Origin: Pseudothermotoga sp.
GTDB lineage: Bacteria > Thermotogota > Thermotogae > Thermotogales > DSM-5069
Direction: 5' to 3'
NCBI GenBank assembly: GCA_041640575.1
Contig: JBEPZZ010000005.1
Location: forward strand, 1 to 64,000
DNA length: 64,000 nucleotides
This document shows, piece by piece, positions 51,167 through 61,408 of the stretch (positions within the stretch are counted from its first letter, which is position 1; each line of letters begins with the position of its first letter). Made by a program: the position numbers and the translations under genes. The notes under the pieces are model-generated. The model did not search any database and was not told where the DNA came from. It worked only from the letters and a program-made list of their open reading frames with translations.

Positions 51167-53752
51167 CTACTTCTCGAGCATCTCTTTCAACACTCTTAAA
51201 GCTTCGCTTATCTTTGAAGGATCCTTACCACCTGCCTGAGCCAAATCTGATCTTCCGCCGCCACCACCACCGAGGATTAATGCGATACTTTTCGCAAGTT
51301 CCCCTGCTTTTATGCGGTTCGTCAAATCAGGTGATACTCGGATTATGCAGTTGACTTTTTCTTTTTCGATTGAAAAAAGAGCTACAATTGAATTTGTCTT
51401 ACCACTTATAGCAACATCTGAAAGATTCCGAAGAGTGTTGCTCTCCACATCTTGAAGAACTGCATGAAAGAGCTCCACACCAGAGATTCTTTCGCCAGTC
51501 ATTGACTTAATCTGCGCAGACAACAGTTTAGACTTCATCTGTTCAATCTGCCTTGATAAATCTTGCTGCTTATCAAGGATTTGTGTAACTCTTTGTAAAA
51601 CTTCCTGCTCAGAACAACCTAGCATTTTCGTTAAATTGCTTACCAAAGTCTCTTTATTTCTTAAATATTCCAACGCAACTCTTCCAGTAACTGCTTCTAT
51701 ACGTCTCACACCCGCGGAAATTGCGGTTTCAGATACTATTTTGAATAAACCGATGTTTCCTGTGTTTGAAACGTGGGTACCACCACACAGTTCCTCGCTG
51801 AAACCAGAAACTTTAACTACCCTCACCGTTTCTCCATATTTTTCACCGAATAAAGCAATTGCACCTTCTGCCACAGCCTCTTTGAAGGACTTTTTCTCTA
51901 TACTCACTGGCAAGGCTTTCATAATGATTTCATTCACAATATTTTCAATTTGCTTTATTTCCTCATCCTTTAAGGCTTGATAATGGCTAAAATCAAATCT
52001 AAGCCTTTCTGGCGCAACAAGAGAACCAGATTGTTTTACATGTGGACCCAGAACTTTTCTCAAGGCTGCGTGTAACAAATGTGTCGCTGTATGATTTCTC
52101 ATCGTATCGATTCTCTTTTCAACATCAATCTTCAAGTTACACTTGATTCCTGCTTTTAATAATCCTTTCTCAACTTCCACAACGTGGGCAATCAAACTTT
52201 CTACTGGTACATAAACGTATTCAACTCTTGCCTCTCCGCCATCCCAGTATATTTTTCCAGTATCACTGACCTGTCCACCTTTTTCGGCATAAAAAACAGT
52301 TTGATCAAAAATCACTTCTGCCTTTTGCCGTTCGGTTGCGAGAGGCGGATCGATTGCAACAACTTGTCCTTCACATTCGAATCTCTCGTAACCGAGGAAC
52401 TGGGTTTGAACTGTCTTCGCAAGGTTTACGAAAGTTGATTTCTTTGTGTAAGCAACGTCGCCTCTTGCACCACGGGCTCTTTCTCTCTGAGCTTCCATGA
52501 GTTTTTCAAATCCTTCAAAATCAATTTCGAGACCTTTGTCTTTTGCCACATCTACAACTATGTCTGGTGGATAACCATAGGTATCGTAAAGCCTAAATAA
52601 ATCTTCACCAGATATAACCTTGCTAGATTTTGCTATTATTTCCTTAAGTAACTCATTACCCTGCATAATTGTTTTGAAGAATCTTTCTTCTTCAGCTTTT
52701 GTGACTTCGAGTATTAGATCCCTTCTTTCCCACAGTTCTGGATAAACGTCTTTCATTGTTTCAACTACGACATCATTTATTAAATACAAAAATGGTTTCT
52801 GTAAACCAAGTAAAACACCATGGCGCACTGCTCTTCGCAAGATTCTTCTAAGCACATATCCTCTTTCTTCATTAGACGGGAAGACACCGTCTGCTATTAA
52901 AAAGCTTACGGCACGTGAGTGATCTGCTATCACACGGATCGAGACGTCCTTTTGCTGATCCTGTTTGTACCGAACATTAGAAATCTCTTGAATTCTCAAA
53001 ATAATGCGTGCGAAAAGATCTGTCTCAAAGTTGCTTGAAACGCCCTGAACAACTGCACTAATTCTTTCCAGGCCAGCACCAGTGTCTATATTCTTTTTCG
53101 GAAGGGGATGTAGTTTTCCCTGTTCATCTTGATAAAACTCAGTGAAAACAAGGTTCCATATCTCCAAAAACCTCTTGTCACTGTTTGCAGGTGTGCACTC
53201 TTCACCATGCGGGCAATCATCTGTGATACCAGTGTCATAGTGAATCTCAGAGCATGGGCCACAAGGGCCAGTAGGTCCCGCTGGGCCCCAAAAGTTCGTC
53301 TCTTTCCCCATTCGAATTATTTTTCTCTCTGGCACACCGACAACGTTTCTCCATATATTGAACGATTCATCATCGTCTTTGTAAATCGTTACCCACAATT
53401 TCTCTTCTGGAAGTTTCAAAACTTCCGTTACAAATTCCCAAGCCCATACTATTGCTTCTTTCTTGAAATAGTCCCCAAAGGAAAAATTTCCAAGCATTTC
53501 AAAAAATGTATGGTGTCTGGGTGTCCTACCAACATTTTCTATGTCGTTAGTTCTTAAACATTTTTGGCAAGTTGCAACCCTTGTATAAACTGGTTCAACT
53601 TTTCCCCAGAAAATTGGCTTGAATGGCACCATGCCAGCAACAGTGAATAAAAGCTGAGGATCGTCTGGTATTAACGATGCACTTGGCAAAACTTTATGCT
53701 GTTTCTTCTCGAAAAAAGTCAAAAACTGTTTTCTGATTTCATTTCCTGTCAT
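51167..53752 (-). CDS. alaS: Alanine--tRNA ligase
   Basis: HHTFFEMLGNFSFGDYFK, IDTGAGLER, HTATH, ELCGGTH, GGGGGG. Confidence 0.98.
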   Translation of the reverse strand: MTGNEIRKQFLTFFEKKQHKVLPSASLIPDDPQLLFTVAGMVPFKPIFWGKVEPVYTRVATCQKCLRTNDIENVGRTPRHHTFFEMLGNFSFGDYFKKEAIVWAWEFVTEVLKLPEEKLWVTIYKDDDESFNIWRNVVGVPERKIIRMGKETNFWGPAGPTGPCGPCSEIHYDTGITDDCPHGEECTPANSDKRFLEIWNLVFTEFYQDEQGKLHPLPKKNIDTGAGLERISAVVQGVSSNFETDLFARIILRIQEISNVRYKQDQQKDVSIRVIADHSRAVSFLIADGVFPSNEERGYVLRRILRRAVRHGVLLGLQKPFLYLINDVVVETMKDVYPELWERRDLILEVTKAEEERFFKTIMQGNELLKEIIAKSSKVISGEDLFRLYDTYGYPPDIVVDVAKDKGLEIDFEGFEKLMEAQRERARGARGDVAYTKKSTFVNLAKTVQTQFLGYERFECEGQVVAIDPPLATERQKAEVIFDQTVFYAEKGGQVSDTGKIYWDGGEARVEYVYVPVESLIAHVVEVEKGLLKAGIKCNLKIDVEKRIDTMRNHTATHLLHAALRKVLGPHVKQSGSLVAPERLRFDFSHYQALKDEEIKQIENIVNEIIMKALPVSIEKKSFKEAVAEGAIALFGEKYGETVRVVKVSGFSEELCGGTHVSNTGNIGLFKIVSETAISAGVRRIEAVTGRVALEYLRNKETLVSNLTKMLGCSEQEVLQRVTQILDKQQDLSRQIEQMKSKLLSAQIKSMTGERISGVELFHAVLQDVESNTLRNLSDVAISGKTNSIVALFSIEKEKVNCIIRVSPDLTNRIKAGELAKSIALILGGGGGGRSDLAQAGGKDPSKISEALRVLKEMLEK

Positions 53753-53762
53753 ACTTATCACC

Positions 53763-54578
53763 TCACAAAACTCCATAGCTTAAAAGGACATAAGTAATGG
53801 GTGTTACAAAGAGCAGTCCATCTATCCTATCAAGCATACCACCGTGGCCCGGCAATATATTTCCAGAATCCTTTCTGTTAAAGTACCTTTTCAAAGCCGA
53901 TTCAAAAATATCTCCAAAAGTATCGAAAAGCGCCACTACAATGGAGAAAATCACCAAAGATCTGTAAGAAATCACCTTAGCTTCAAATAACCATTCAAAG
54001 GACACTTTGTACACAGCGCTAAAAGCCAAGCATGCCACGAAACCACCTATAACACCTTCCAAGCTTTTATTTGGACTGAATTTCTTAGCTATCTTAGTTT
54101 TCCCAAACTTCATACCCACAAAATATGCACCAGTGTCGTACAACCACACAGCTGTTAGGTTCAGCAAAGCGTTGGCCCATCCAAATTTCAGGTAAATAGG
54201 AAAAAAGAAAGAAAGACATGCAGCAACGTAAATCAAGGATAGAATCGTGCCGAGGATTGTATCCCATATTCCAGAAATCTCCTTGGTAAAAACTAAAAAA
54301 GCAATTGCACTAGCTATAAAGAACAATGAGAAGTACAACAAACCATTTTCAGCCTTGTTAATTCCATAGATAATTGTGAAAGTTACGTTTAAAATCACAC
54401 CTACGTAAACAATATATCTGTTCTCATGATTTGAGGCCGTCATGTTGAGAAATTCATACGAGGCAAGTAACACCACCGCGGCAACTAAGCCTATAAGACT
54501 CTTATAACTCACGAAACACGCGATAACAAAAGGTGCAACAATGACAGCTGTTATCAATCTTGTTCTTGTTTCGGACAT
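53763..54578 (-). CDS. cdsA: Phosphatidate cytidylyltransferase
   Basis: DTGAYFVG, SPNKSLEG, KDSGNILPGHGGMLDRIDG. Confidence 0.96.
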   Translation of the reverse strand: MSETRTRLITAVIVAPFVIACFVSYKSLIGLVAAVVLLASYEFLNMTASNHENRYIVYVGVILNVTFTIIYGINKAENGLLYFSLFFIASAIAFLVFTKEISGIWDTILGTILSLIYVAACLSFFFPIYLKFGWANALLNLTAVWLYDTGAYFVGMKFGKTKIAKKFSPNKSLEGVIGGFVACLAFSAVYKVSFEWLFEAKVISYRSLVIFSIVVALFDTFGDIFESALKRYFNRKDSGNILPGHGGMLDRIDGLLFVTPITYVLLSYGVL

Positions 54579-55255
54579 ACCAATCCCCCAAACTTTCGTT
54601 CCCGCTTTTCATAGTTCTCTAAAGCTTTCTTAAAGTCTTCTCTTGAAAAGTCAGGCCAGAGAACCTTAGTAAAATATAGTTCACTATAAGCTGTTTGCCA
54701 AATCAAGAAGTTGCTTAGTCTTTCTTCGCCAGACGTCCTTATAACAAGATCTGGATCAGGAACATCAGGAATGTATAAAAAGCTTCTCAGAGTTGACTCA
54801 TCTAGCTCTTTAACCCCATGTTTGATAGCCTTGTTGAAGGCATCTATGAGTTCGGCCCTGCCACCATAGTTCAATGCAATTATGACTTGAATAGTCATGT
54901 TATTCTTGGTTTTCTCTTCACAATCAAGACAAAGTTGATAGATTTGTTCTGGTAGTTTATCGAGTCTTCCTGAAAATCTCAACCTAACGCCTTGTTCCAT
55001 AATTCTGTCCAGCTTCTTGCTGAGCATATTAGCAAACAGGGAAAAAAGAAAACCAACTTCTTCCTTCGGTCTTTTCCAGTTCTCCGTTGAAAATGCATAC
55101 AAGCTAAGGTATTTAATACCCTCTTGTGCTGCCCATTCAACCACTTTTTCAACTTTGAGTGCTCCGCGTCTGTGTCCCTCAACTCTTGGTAATCCTCTTT
55201 TCTGCGCCCATCTACCGTTTCCGTCCATTATGATTGCAACATGAACTGGCTTCAA
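54554..55255 (-). CDS. uppS: Undecaprenyl diphosphate synthase
   Basis: [29 protein letters not shown]. Confidence 0.97.
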   Translation of the reverse strand: MKPVHVAIIMDGNGRWAQKRGLPRVEGHRRGALKVEKVVEWAAQEGIKYLSLYAFSTENWKRPKEEVGFLFSLFANMLSKKLDRIMEQGVRLRFSGRLDKLPEQIYQLCLDCEEKTKNNMTIQVIIALNYGGRAELIDAFNKAIKHGVKELDESTLRSFLYIPDVPDPDLVIRTSGEERLSNFLIWQTAYSELYFTKVLWPDFSREDFKKALENYEKRERKFGGLVCPKQEQD

Positions 55256-55809
55256 ACTTCCATTATCTCCTTTTCTTTCTTTTCGAACAACTTTTCAATT
55301 TCTTCTATTTTCTTATCTGTTAGATCTTGTATTTCCTTCTCTAATCTTTTTTCATCATCTTCAGAAATTTTTCCATTCTTTGTCAGATCCTTCAATTCTT
55401 TCAAAATATCTCTTCTGATGTTTCTTATAGCAACTTTGCCTTGTTCAGCTATCTCCTTTGCTTTTTTGACCCACTTTTGTCGCTGCTCAGTTGTTGGTGT
55501 TGGAAAAATTATCCTCACGCTGGTACCATCATTCTGAGGTGTCAGACCAAGATCCGAAGCAAAAATGGCTTTCTCTATTGCCGAAACGACAGACTTGTCC
55601 CAGGGCTTTATAACAAGTGCACGATCCTCGGAAATACTTACCGTTGCAAGCTGATTAATTGGTGTTTGTGCTCCATAATAATCCACCTTTATTTCCTCCA
55701 AAATAGCTGGGGAAGGTCTTCCAGTTCGCATCTTTCTAAGTTCATCGCTTATTCTTTCAATTGATTTGTTCATCTTTTCCTCAGCAGCCTTTACCAGAGG
55801 ATGTTTCAC
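55252..55809 (-). CDS. frr: Ribosome recycling factor
   Basis: RTGR, VDYYG, LGLTP.NDG, RNIRRD. Confidence 0.97.
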   Translation of the reverse strand: MKHPLVKAAEEKMNKSIERISDELRKMRTGRPSPAILEEIKVDYYGAQTPINQLATVSISEDRALVIKPWDKSVVSAIEKAIFASDLGLTPQNDGTSVRIIFPTPTTEQRQKWVKKAKEIAEQGKVAIRNIRRDILKELKDLTKNGKISEDDEKRLEKEIQDLTDKKIEEIEKLFEKKEKEIMEV

Positions 55810-56436
55810 TGCCTTTCCCTCCCTCGTCTTGACTCGTTTATCTGCATTGACTATACTATATCATACACGATTACAAGCCCATCGTAAATCAACAGTACCT
55901 CAGGGAGCGATTATGATATCGCTATTTACATTTCTTCTGAGGTTATTGATAGTAATTTAGAAAAACTATGAATACAATCCTTATCACTCTTCTTTCTTCT
56001 CAAGCCATTTATTTGTGAAGAGACACATCAACAAATAAAGATCTCCGGATTTTTGTAAATCAACGCTTATTTCCACCGTGCTAGCGTTCTTCGTACAATT
56101 TTCGAGGACAAGGAGTATGATCAACTCTAAAGCTTTAGCTTTTTTCAATCACCTTCTTCAGGATGCCTGTTTTTCGGAATCATATGTGAAACAAACACTT
56201 TCTTTAGAACCCCCCTTTTTGTGGCAATTTTATGATGCTCCCTGAAACTCTTTGGAAATGAGGAGACAAATATGAGTTACTTCGAAGAATGATAAAGTTT
56301 GAGGTTGGCCTTCCTACAATTTCATGTTCAAGGAAGCAGATGGAAAAATGCTACGTTTGTACTGACCTAAGCATATAGAACTAAAAGAACTTCAAAAACT
56401 TTTCTGAACAAATCCTTTGCTTTGAGTACCATGAAG

Positions 56437-56466
56437 AAAAGCGAAAAGGCGACCTCTCGGTCGCCT
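56437..56466 (-). terminator. Intrinsic terminator with no CDS directly upstream
   Basis: AGGCGACC-GAGA-GGTCGCCT then TTTCGCTTTT. Confidence 0.75.
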
Positions 56467-56534
56467 GAAAGTACTTGTATAGAACCTTTGAATCTATGAT
56501 TCAAAAGGAGGGTGGGGGGTCGTATTCAGCTTCC
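56437..56534 (-). ncRNA. Candidate ~95-nt small regulatory RNA
   Basis: Bounded by an ECF-type promoter and a terminator; C-rich segment GACCCCCCACCCTCC; internal hairpin TTTGAATC-ATA-GATTCAAA; no SD-led ORF. Confidence 0.55.
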
Positions 56535-56539
56535 GGTTT

Positions 56540-56567
56540 TTAGACAGAACATTTTACAGAAAAGTTC
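56540..56567 (-). promoter_or_regulatory. RpoE/ECF-sigma-type promoter
   Basis: GAACTT-N16-GTCTAA. Confidence 0.6.
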
Positions 56568-56716
56568 AAGAACATAAAGTTAAACGAATTTAAACGAATG
56601 GTTCCTAAAGTGCAAACAAGTTAGAATGATGCTTATCAAGCGAGCAAAATTTCAAGTATACCTTCTTTGGTCACCATAACTTTTTACGATCTTGTCTTAC
56701 GAACTTCAGTTACAAG

Positions 56717-56746
56717 AAAAAAGCCGGAACTTAGCTTATTTCCGGC
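56717..56746 (-). terminator. leuS operon terminator
   Basis: GCCGGAA-N10-TTCCGGC then T6, ~85 nt after the leuS stop. Confidence 0.7.
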
Positions 56747-56829
56747 CAAAATTAAAGTATTATCCCGCAATGTCGAATTTTCACTTTTGTAAATAGTTCC
56801 AAATCCGGCTCTTCAACATATAAATGTAC

Positions 56830-59277
56830 TCAGCAGGTAATACTAAGCAACCTGCCTTTCACATACACGATCTTTTTTGGCTCTTTGTCTATGTACTTTC
56901 TGATTCTGTCGTTGTTCATAGCCAGTTGTTTGACAAGTTCATCACTTGCATCAATTGGTATCTTGATCCTATCCCTTACTTTTCCATTAATCTGCACAGC
57001 GATCTCTATTTCCTCGACCCTGAGTGCATTTTCATCATAATTTGGCCAAGTTTCGAGCATGATAGATTCCTGCTTGCCCATCAGTCTCCAAAGTTCTTCT
57101 GCAAAATGTGGTGCAAACGGTGAAATCATAAGCAGGAATTTTTCCGCACACTCTCTGAGCAACTTTGTGTTCCATTTTTCCCTTGGTACTTCATCCATGT
57201 AGTCAGAGATCGCATTTATGAGTTCCATTAAGCCGCTGACTGCCGTATTGAATTTGAAACCACCTTCCATATCTTCGGTGATCTTCTTCAGCATGGTATG
57301 AAGTTTCCTGAGCAGTTGTTTTTCGCGCTCTGATGGTTCTTGAACATCACCCTCTTTTAACGAAATTATTTCATTTATTATATTCCATGACCTCTTGATA
57401 AATCTATGCACTCCTTCGATCCCAGCATCGTTCCATTCAGCGTCCTTCTCAGGTGGTCCCATAAACAATATGTAAAGTCGCAATGTATCAGCACCATACT
57501 TCTCAATCATGTCATCTGGTGAAACAACGTTACCTTTGCTCTTGGACATCTTGAAACCGTCTTTATAAATCATTCCCTGAGTGAAAAGGTTTGTGAACGG
57601 TTCGTCAAAACTCAGATAGCCCAGGTCATGCAGAACTTTTGTTATGAATCTTGAGTAAAGAAGGTGCAAGATCGCATGTTCAACTCCACCCACATACTGA
57701 TCAACAGGTAGCCAATAGTCAACATCTTCCTTTAAAAACGGTTTTTCGCTCAGCTTCGGGTTCACATACCTCAAAAAATACCAAGAAGAATCCACAAAGG
57801 TATCCATCGTGTCGGCATCACGAACAGCCGGTCCACCGCACTTTGGACAAGTAACCCTTCTGAATTCTTCACTGAGCATCAATGGAGACTGACCTGTTGG
57901 AAGAAATTCAACGTTGTATGGAAGTTTGACGGGCAGATCTTTCTCTGGGACAGGCACCATTCCACACTTTTCGCAGTAAATGATTGGTATAGGAGCCCCC
58001 CAGTATCTCTGCCTTGAAATCAGCCAATCTCTTAACTTATATTGAAAGGTTCTCTTACCAATTCCCTTCTCTTCCAACCATTTGAAAACCCTGCGCATCT
58101 CGTCTGGGATCAAAGTGCCGCTTAACTCCCCACTGTTAATCATGATACCTGGACCATCGTATGCTTTGTCGAAGGTAAATTCCTGAGTAGGCTTTATAAC
58201 TTGTTTAATTGGAATCCCATATTTCTTTGCAAAGTCGAAATCTCTTTGATCGTGAGCGGGAACTCCCATTACCGCACCTGTTCCGTACTCCATCAATACG
58301 TAATTTGTAACGTATATTGGTACCTTCTCACCATTTGCAGGGTTGATAGCATAACTTCCAGTGAAAAATCCTTCTTTTTCTGCCTCAAGAGCCGTTCTTT
58401 TGAACCTATCCTGAGCCCAAATTCTTGCAAGAAATTTGTCGAGCTCTTCTCGAAGATGAGGTAGGACAACTCGGTCGACCAAGGGAGACTCTGGGGCAAG
58501 AGCCATGAAAGTGACTCCCCAAAGTGTGTCTGGCCTGGTTGTGAAAACTTCTATTTGAAGATCCGTACCATCAACCTCAAACTTCACTTTGGCACCTTCG
58601 CTTTGCCCTATCCAGTTTCTTTGCATCGTCTTAACGTGCTCAGGCCAGCCAGTAAGTTTGTCAAGGTCGTTCAAAAGTCGTTCGGCATAGTCGGTTATTC
58701 TAAAGAACCATTGTTCAAGATGCTTCACCGTCACCGGTGTTCCACATCTCTCACAGCTTCCATCTTTGACCTGCTCGTTTGCCAAAGAAGTCATGCATTT
58801 TGGGCACCAGTTCACCGCTGCCATTTTCTTGTAAGCTAACCCCGCCTCATAGAGTTTCAAAAAAATCCACTGTGTCCACTTGTAGTATTCCTCTACGCAT
58901 GTTATAACCTCTCTGCTCCAGTCATAGCTAATTCCAATCCTTTTTATTTGCCTTCTAATCGTATTTATGTTGGTCATAGTCCAATCGTAAGGATGTATCT
59001 TTTTATCTATTGCTGCATTTTCTGCAGGCAGTCCAAAAGCATCGTACCCAAAAGGATGCAGAACATTAAATCCCCTCATTCTCTTGTATCTCGCAACAGC
59101 GTCACCTATAACGTAATTTTTGACGTGACCAACGTGTAATGTACCCGAAGGATAGGGAAACATGACAAGCATGTAGTACTTTGGTTTGTTAGAATACTGC
59201 GGGGTTTGGAAAAACCCCCTCTCATCCCAGTACTTTTGCCATCTTGTCTCTATTTCAGCAAAGTCGTACTTGTGCAC
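56830..59277 (-). CDS. leuS: Leucine--tRNA ligase
   Basis: MFPYPSG.LHVGH, FTTRPDT, RQRYWGAP, KMSKS. Confidence 0.98.
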   Translation of the reverse strand: MHKYDFAEIETRWQKYWDERGFFQTPQYSNKPKYYMLVMFPYPSGTLHVGHVKNYVIGDAVARYKRMRGFNVLHPFGYDAFGLPAENAAIDKKIHPYDWTMTNINTIRRQIKRIGISYDWSREVITCVEEYYKWTQWIFLKLYEAGLAYKKMAAVNWCPKCMTSLANEQVKDGSCERCGTPVTVKHLEQWFFRITDYAERLLNDLDKLTGWPEHVKTMQRNWIGQSEGAKVKFEVDGTDLQIEVFTTRPDTLWGVTFMALAPESPLVDRVVLPHLREELDKFLARIWAQDRFKRTALEAEKEGFFTGSYAINPANGEKVPIYVTNYVLMEYGTGAVMGVPAHDQRDFDFAKKYGIPIKQVIKPTQEFTFDKAYDGPGIMINSGELSGTLIPDEMRRVFKWLEEKGIGKRTFQYKLRDWLISRQRYWGAPIPIIYCEKCGMVPVPEKDLPVKLPYNVEFLPTGQSPLMLSEEFRRVTCPKCGGPAVRDADTMDTFVDSSWYFLRYVNPKLSEKPFLKEDVDYWLPVDQYVGGVEHAILHLLYSRFITKVLHDLGYLSFDEPFTNLFTQGMIYKDGFKMSKSKGNVVSPDDMIEKYGADTLRLYILFMGPPEKDAEWNDAGIEGVHRFIKRSWNIINEIISLKEGDVQEPSEREKQLLRKLHTMLKKITEDMEGGFKFNTAVSGLMELINAISDYMDEVPREKWNTKLLRECAEKFLLMISPFAPHFAEELWRLMGKQESIMLETWPNYDENALRVEEIEIAVQINGKVRDRIKIPIDASDELVKQLAMNNDRIRKYIDKEPKKIVYVKGRLLSITC

Positions 59278-59292
59278 ACAACCACCTCCAAG

Positions 59293-59877
59293 TTATTTGT
59301 CAAAAATTATAGCACACAACAAGGCAAAAAGCTTTGTAAATGCTTTATATCTGTGGCTAAGTTTGTGTTTTTCTTCGCCCATTTCACCAAAAGTTTTATC
59401 ATAACCGTTCGGAATAAAAATGGGATCGTAACCGAAACCTTCTGAACCCCTGATCGTGTGAGCTATGGTTCCTTCCACTTTTTCCTCGCAGCATATGACT
59501 AAATTCTGGTTTGGATTGTAATAAGCGGCGGCACAAACAAATCGAGCTGCTCTGTCCCTTTTGTTCTCCATCATTCTTAGTATCATCTGCATTCTCTGTC
59601 GATAGTCGCAATCTTTCATGAAGCGGGCAGAATAAACGCCCGGAAAGCCATCAAGTGCATCTATCACCAATCCAGAATCATCAGCAACAACTTCCTTATT
59701 AGTCATGTTTCCATAAAAAATAGCCTTTTTAACTGCGTTTTGAACAAACGAATCGCCGCTTTCTTCAACTTCCACAGTTATTCCAAGATCATTTAAAGAA
59801 ATAACTTCAATCTTTTCAGGAACAAATCTTTTTATCTCCTGGACTTTGTCTTTATTACGAGTAGCAATTAGAAGCAC
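59293..59877 (-). CDS. rdgB: dITP/XTP pyrophosphatase (Ham1)
   Basis: ATRN..K, DDSGL, PGVYSAR, GFGYDPIF, SHR. Confidence 0.95.
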   Translation of the reverse strand: MLLIATRNKDKVQEIKRFVPEKIEVISLNDLGITVEVEESGDSFVQNAVKKAIFYGNMTNKEVVADDSGLVIDALDGFPGVYSARFMKDCDYRQRMQMILRMMENKRDRAARFVCAAAYYNPNQNLVICCEEKVEGTIAHTIRGSEGFGYDPIFIPNGYDKTFGEMGEEKHKLSHRYKAFTKLFALLCAIIFDK

Positions 59878-60518
59878 CTTAATTCCCCCAACTTTTTTCT
59901 AAAAGATCGTGGGTCCGATCTGAAGATCCCATAACCCATAACCAGAATTTCTGCACCTGCACAAACTACTTTTTCCACTGTTTCTTCATTGATACCACCA
60001 TCAACCATTATTTTCACATTTGGAAAATTCTCATTTATCATCTTCTTCAATCTGACAATCTTCTTAACAGTCGATTCAATAAATTTTTGACCAGAAAAAC
60101 CGGGATTCACTGTCATTACTAAAATACCGTCGACATCAACCAGAATGTCCGTTAGAATTTCAACGGGAGTATGTGGATTAAGTGCAACAAAAGCTTTTGC
60201 GCCTTTTTCCTTGATTCTATATATAGTTCTATGTAAATGAGTACAAGCCTCATAATGAACGGTTACTATAGATGCACCAGCCTCAACAAAACTTTCAACA
60301 TACTTATCTGCATCTATTATCATCAAATGCGCATCTACTGGCAAACTAGTACACCTTTTCACGGCTTCCAACAATGGTAAACCGAAAGTGATGTTTGGGA
60401 CGAAAACCCCATCCATAACATCCAGATGAACCATGTCTATGAATGGTTCTACTCTCTTGATTTCCTCAGCGAGTCTTGACAAATCGCACGCAAGTATTGA
60501 AGCAGTTATTTTGGTCAT
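59868..60518 (-). CDS. rpe: Ribulose-phosphate 3-epimerase
   Basis: HLDVMDG.FVPN, DAHLM, MTVNPGF.GQ, VDGG. Confidence 0.96.
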   Translation of the reverse strand: MTKITASILACDLSRLAEEIKRVEPFIDMVHLDVMDGVFVPNITFGLPLLEAVKRCTSLPVDAHLMIIDADKYVESFVEAGASIVTVHYEACTHLHRTIYRIKEKGAKAFVALNPHTPVEILTDILVDVDGILVMTVNPGFSGQKFIESTVKKIVRLKKMINENFPNVKIMVDGGINEETVEKVVCAGAEILVMGYGIFRSDPRSFRKKLGELRCF

Positions 60519-61393
60519 ACCTTACTCTTCACCTCTTCGACCATTAAAAGATAATTTTCATACCTATTTTTAGCCAAGAGGCCTTTTTCAACAGCTTCTC
60601 TAACTTTACAACCTGGCTCCGATACGTGAAGACAATTTTTAAAGAGGCATCTTTCCCTATATTGTTCAAACTCCCTGAAATAAAGTTGAATCTCATTAAT
60701 ATCGAGATGATCTATTTCAATCAGGGAGAAACCAGGAGTATCTACAACATAACCACCAAATGGGAAGGCTATAAGCTCAGCAGAAGTGGTAGTATGCCTA
60801 CCACGCTCAGTTTTCTCTGAAATTTCCTGTGTTTTCAAATTTATCCCCGCACAGATAGCATTTAAAAGACTGCTCTTTCCAACTCCAGAAACACCCGCTA
60901 AAACGCTGATTTTGTCTTTCAAAATCTGCTTTAGTTGGTCCAAACCCTCCTTCGTTCTGGCACTCGTAAGAATTAGCGGATAGATTGAACCATAAATTCT
61001 GATAAATTCTTGTTTTCTTTCCTCTTCATCTTCCGTTAGCAAATCTATCTTGTTCAAAATAATAACTGCTTGGAGACTTGTTTGTTCAACTAAGACTAAC
61101 AATTTATCAAAAACAAGTGAAGGTACCTCTGGTTTTTTCAAGGTGCAAACACAAATTACTTGATCAATGTTTGCAACCCTAGGCTTTAAAAGTTCATTCT
61201 TCCTTTTCAGTACAGATTCAATAACACCACTATCAAGAACTTTGGTGTATTCAACTATATCTCCAACTATCGGTTTCAAGGATTGAACCCTAAATCTACC
61301 GCGTAAGTAGCATCTGATCTTTTCATGTGTTTCCAGATCTTCAACAACAGCCATATTTGATGTGAATCTGATCACTATTCCTCTTTTTCTCAG
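60515..61393 (-). CDS. rsgA: Ribosome small subunit-dependent GTPase A; start codon uncertain
   Basis: NKID, GVSGVGKSS, GRHTT, DTPG, C.F.NC.H..EP.C; frame stays open upstream of GTG 61375 (LRKRGIV). Confidence 0.93.
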   Translation of the reverse strand: MRKRGIVIRFTSNMAVVEDLETHEKIRCYLRGRFRVQSLKPIVGDIVEYTKVLDSGVIESVLKRKNELLKPRVANIDQVICVCTLKKPEVPSLVFDKLLVLVEQTSLQAVIILNKIDLLTEDEEERKQEFIRIYGSIYPLILTSARTKEGLDQLKQILKDKISVLAGVSGVGKSSLLNAICAGINLKTQEISEKTERGRHTTTSAELIAFPFGGYVVDTPGFSLIEIDHLDINEIQLYFREFEQYRERCLFKNCLHVSEPGCKVREAVEKGLLAKNRYENYLLMVEEVKSKV

Positions 61394-61408
61394 CCAAAGA
61401 TCCCTCCT

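Noticed and set aside
55906..55955. Resemblance of AGCGAT-TATGAT-ATCGCT-ATTTAC to a fluoride riboswitch 5' stem
   Set aside because: Pseudoknot partner and the conserved 3' GATGAC-like segment are missing, and no fitting gene lies downstream on that strand
56040..56510. About ten GGA motifs on the plus strand suggesting a CsrB-like sponge
   Set aside because: Only mild enrichment, not in repeated hairpin loops, no clear plus-strand promoter/terminator pair
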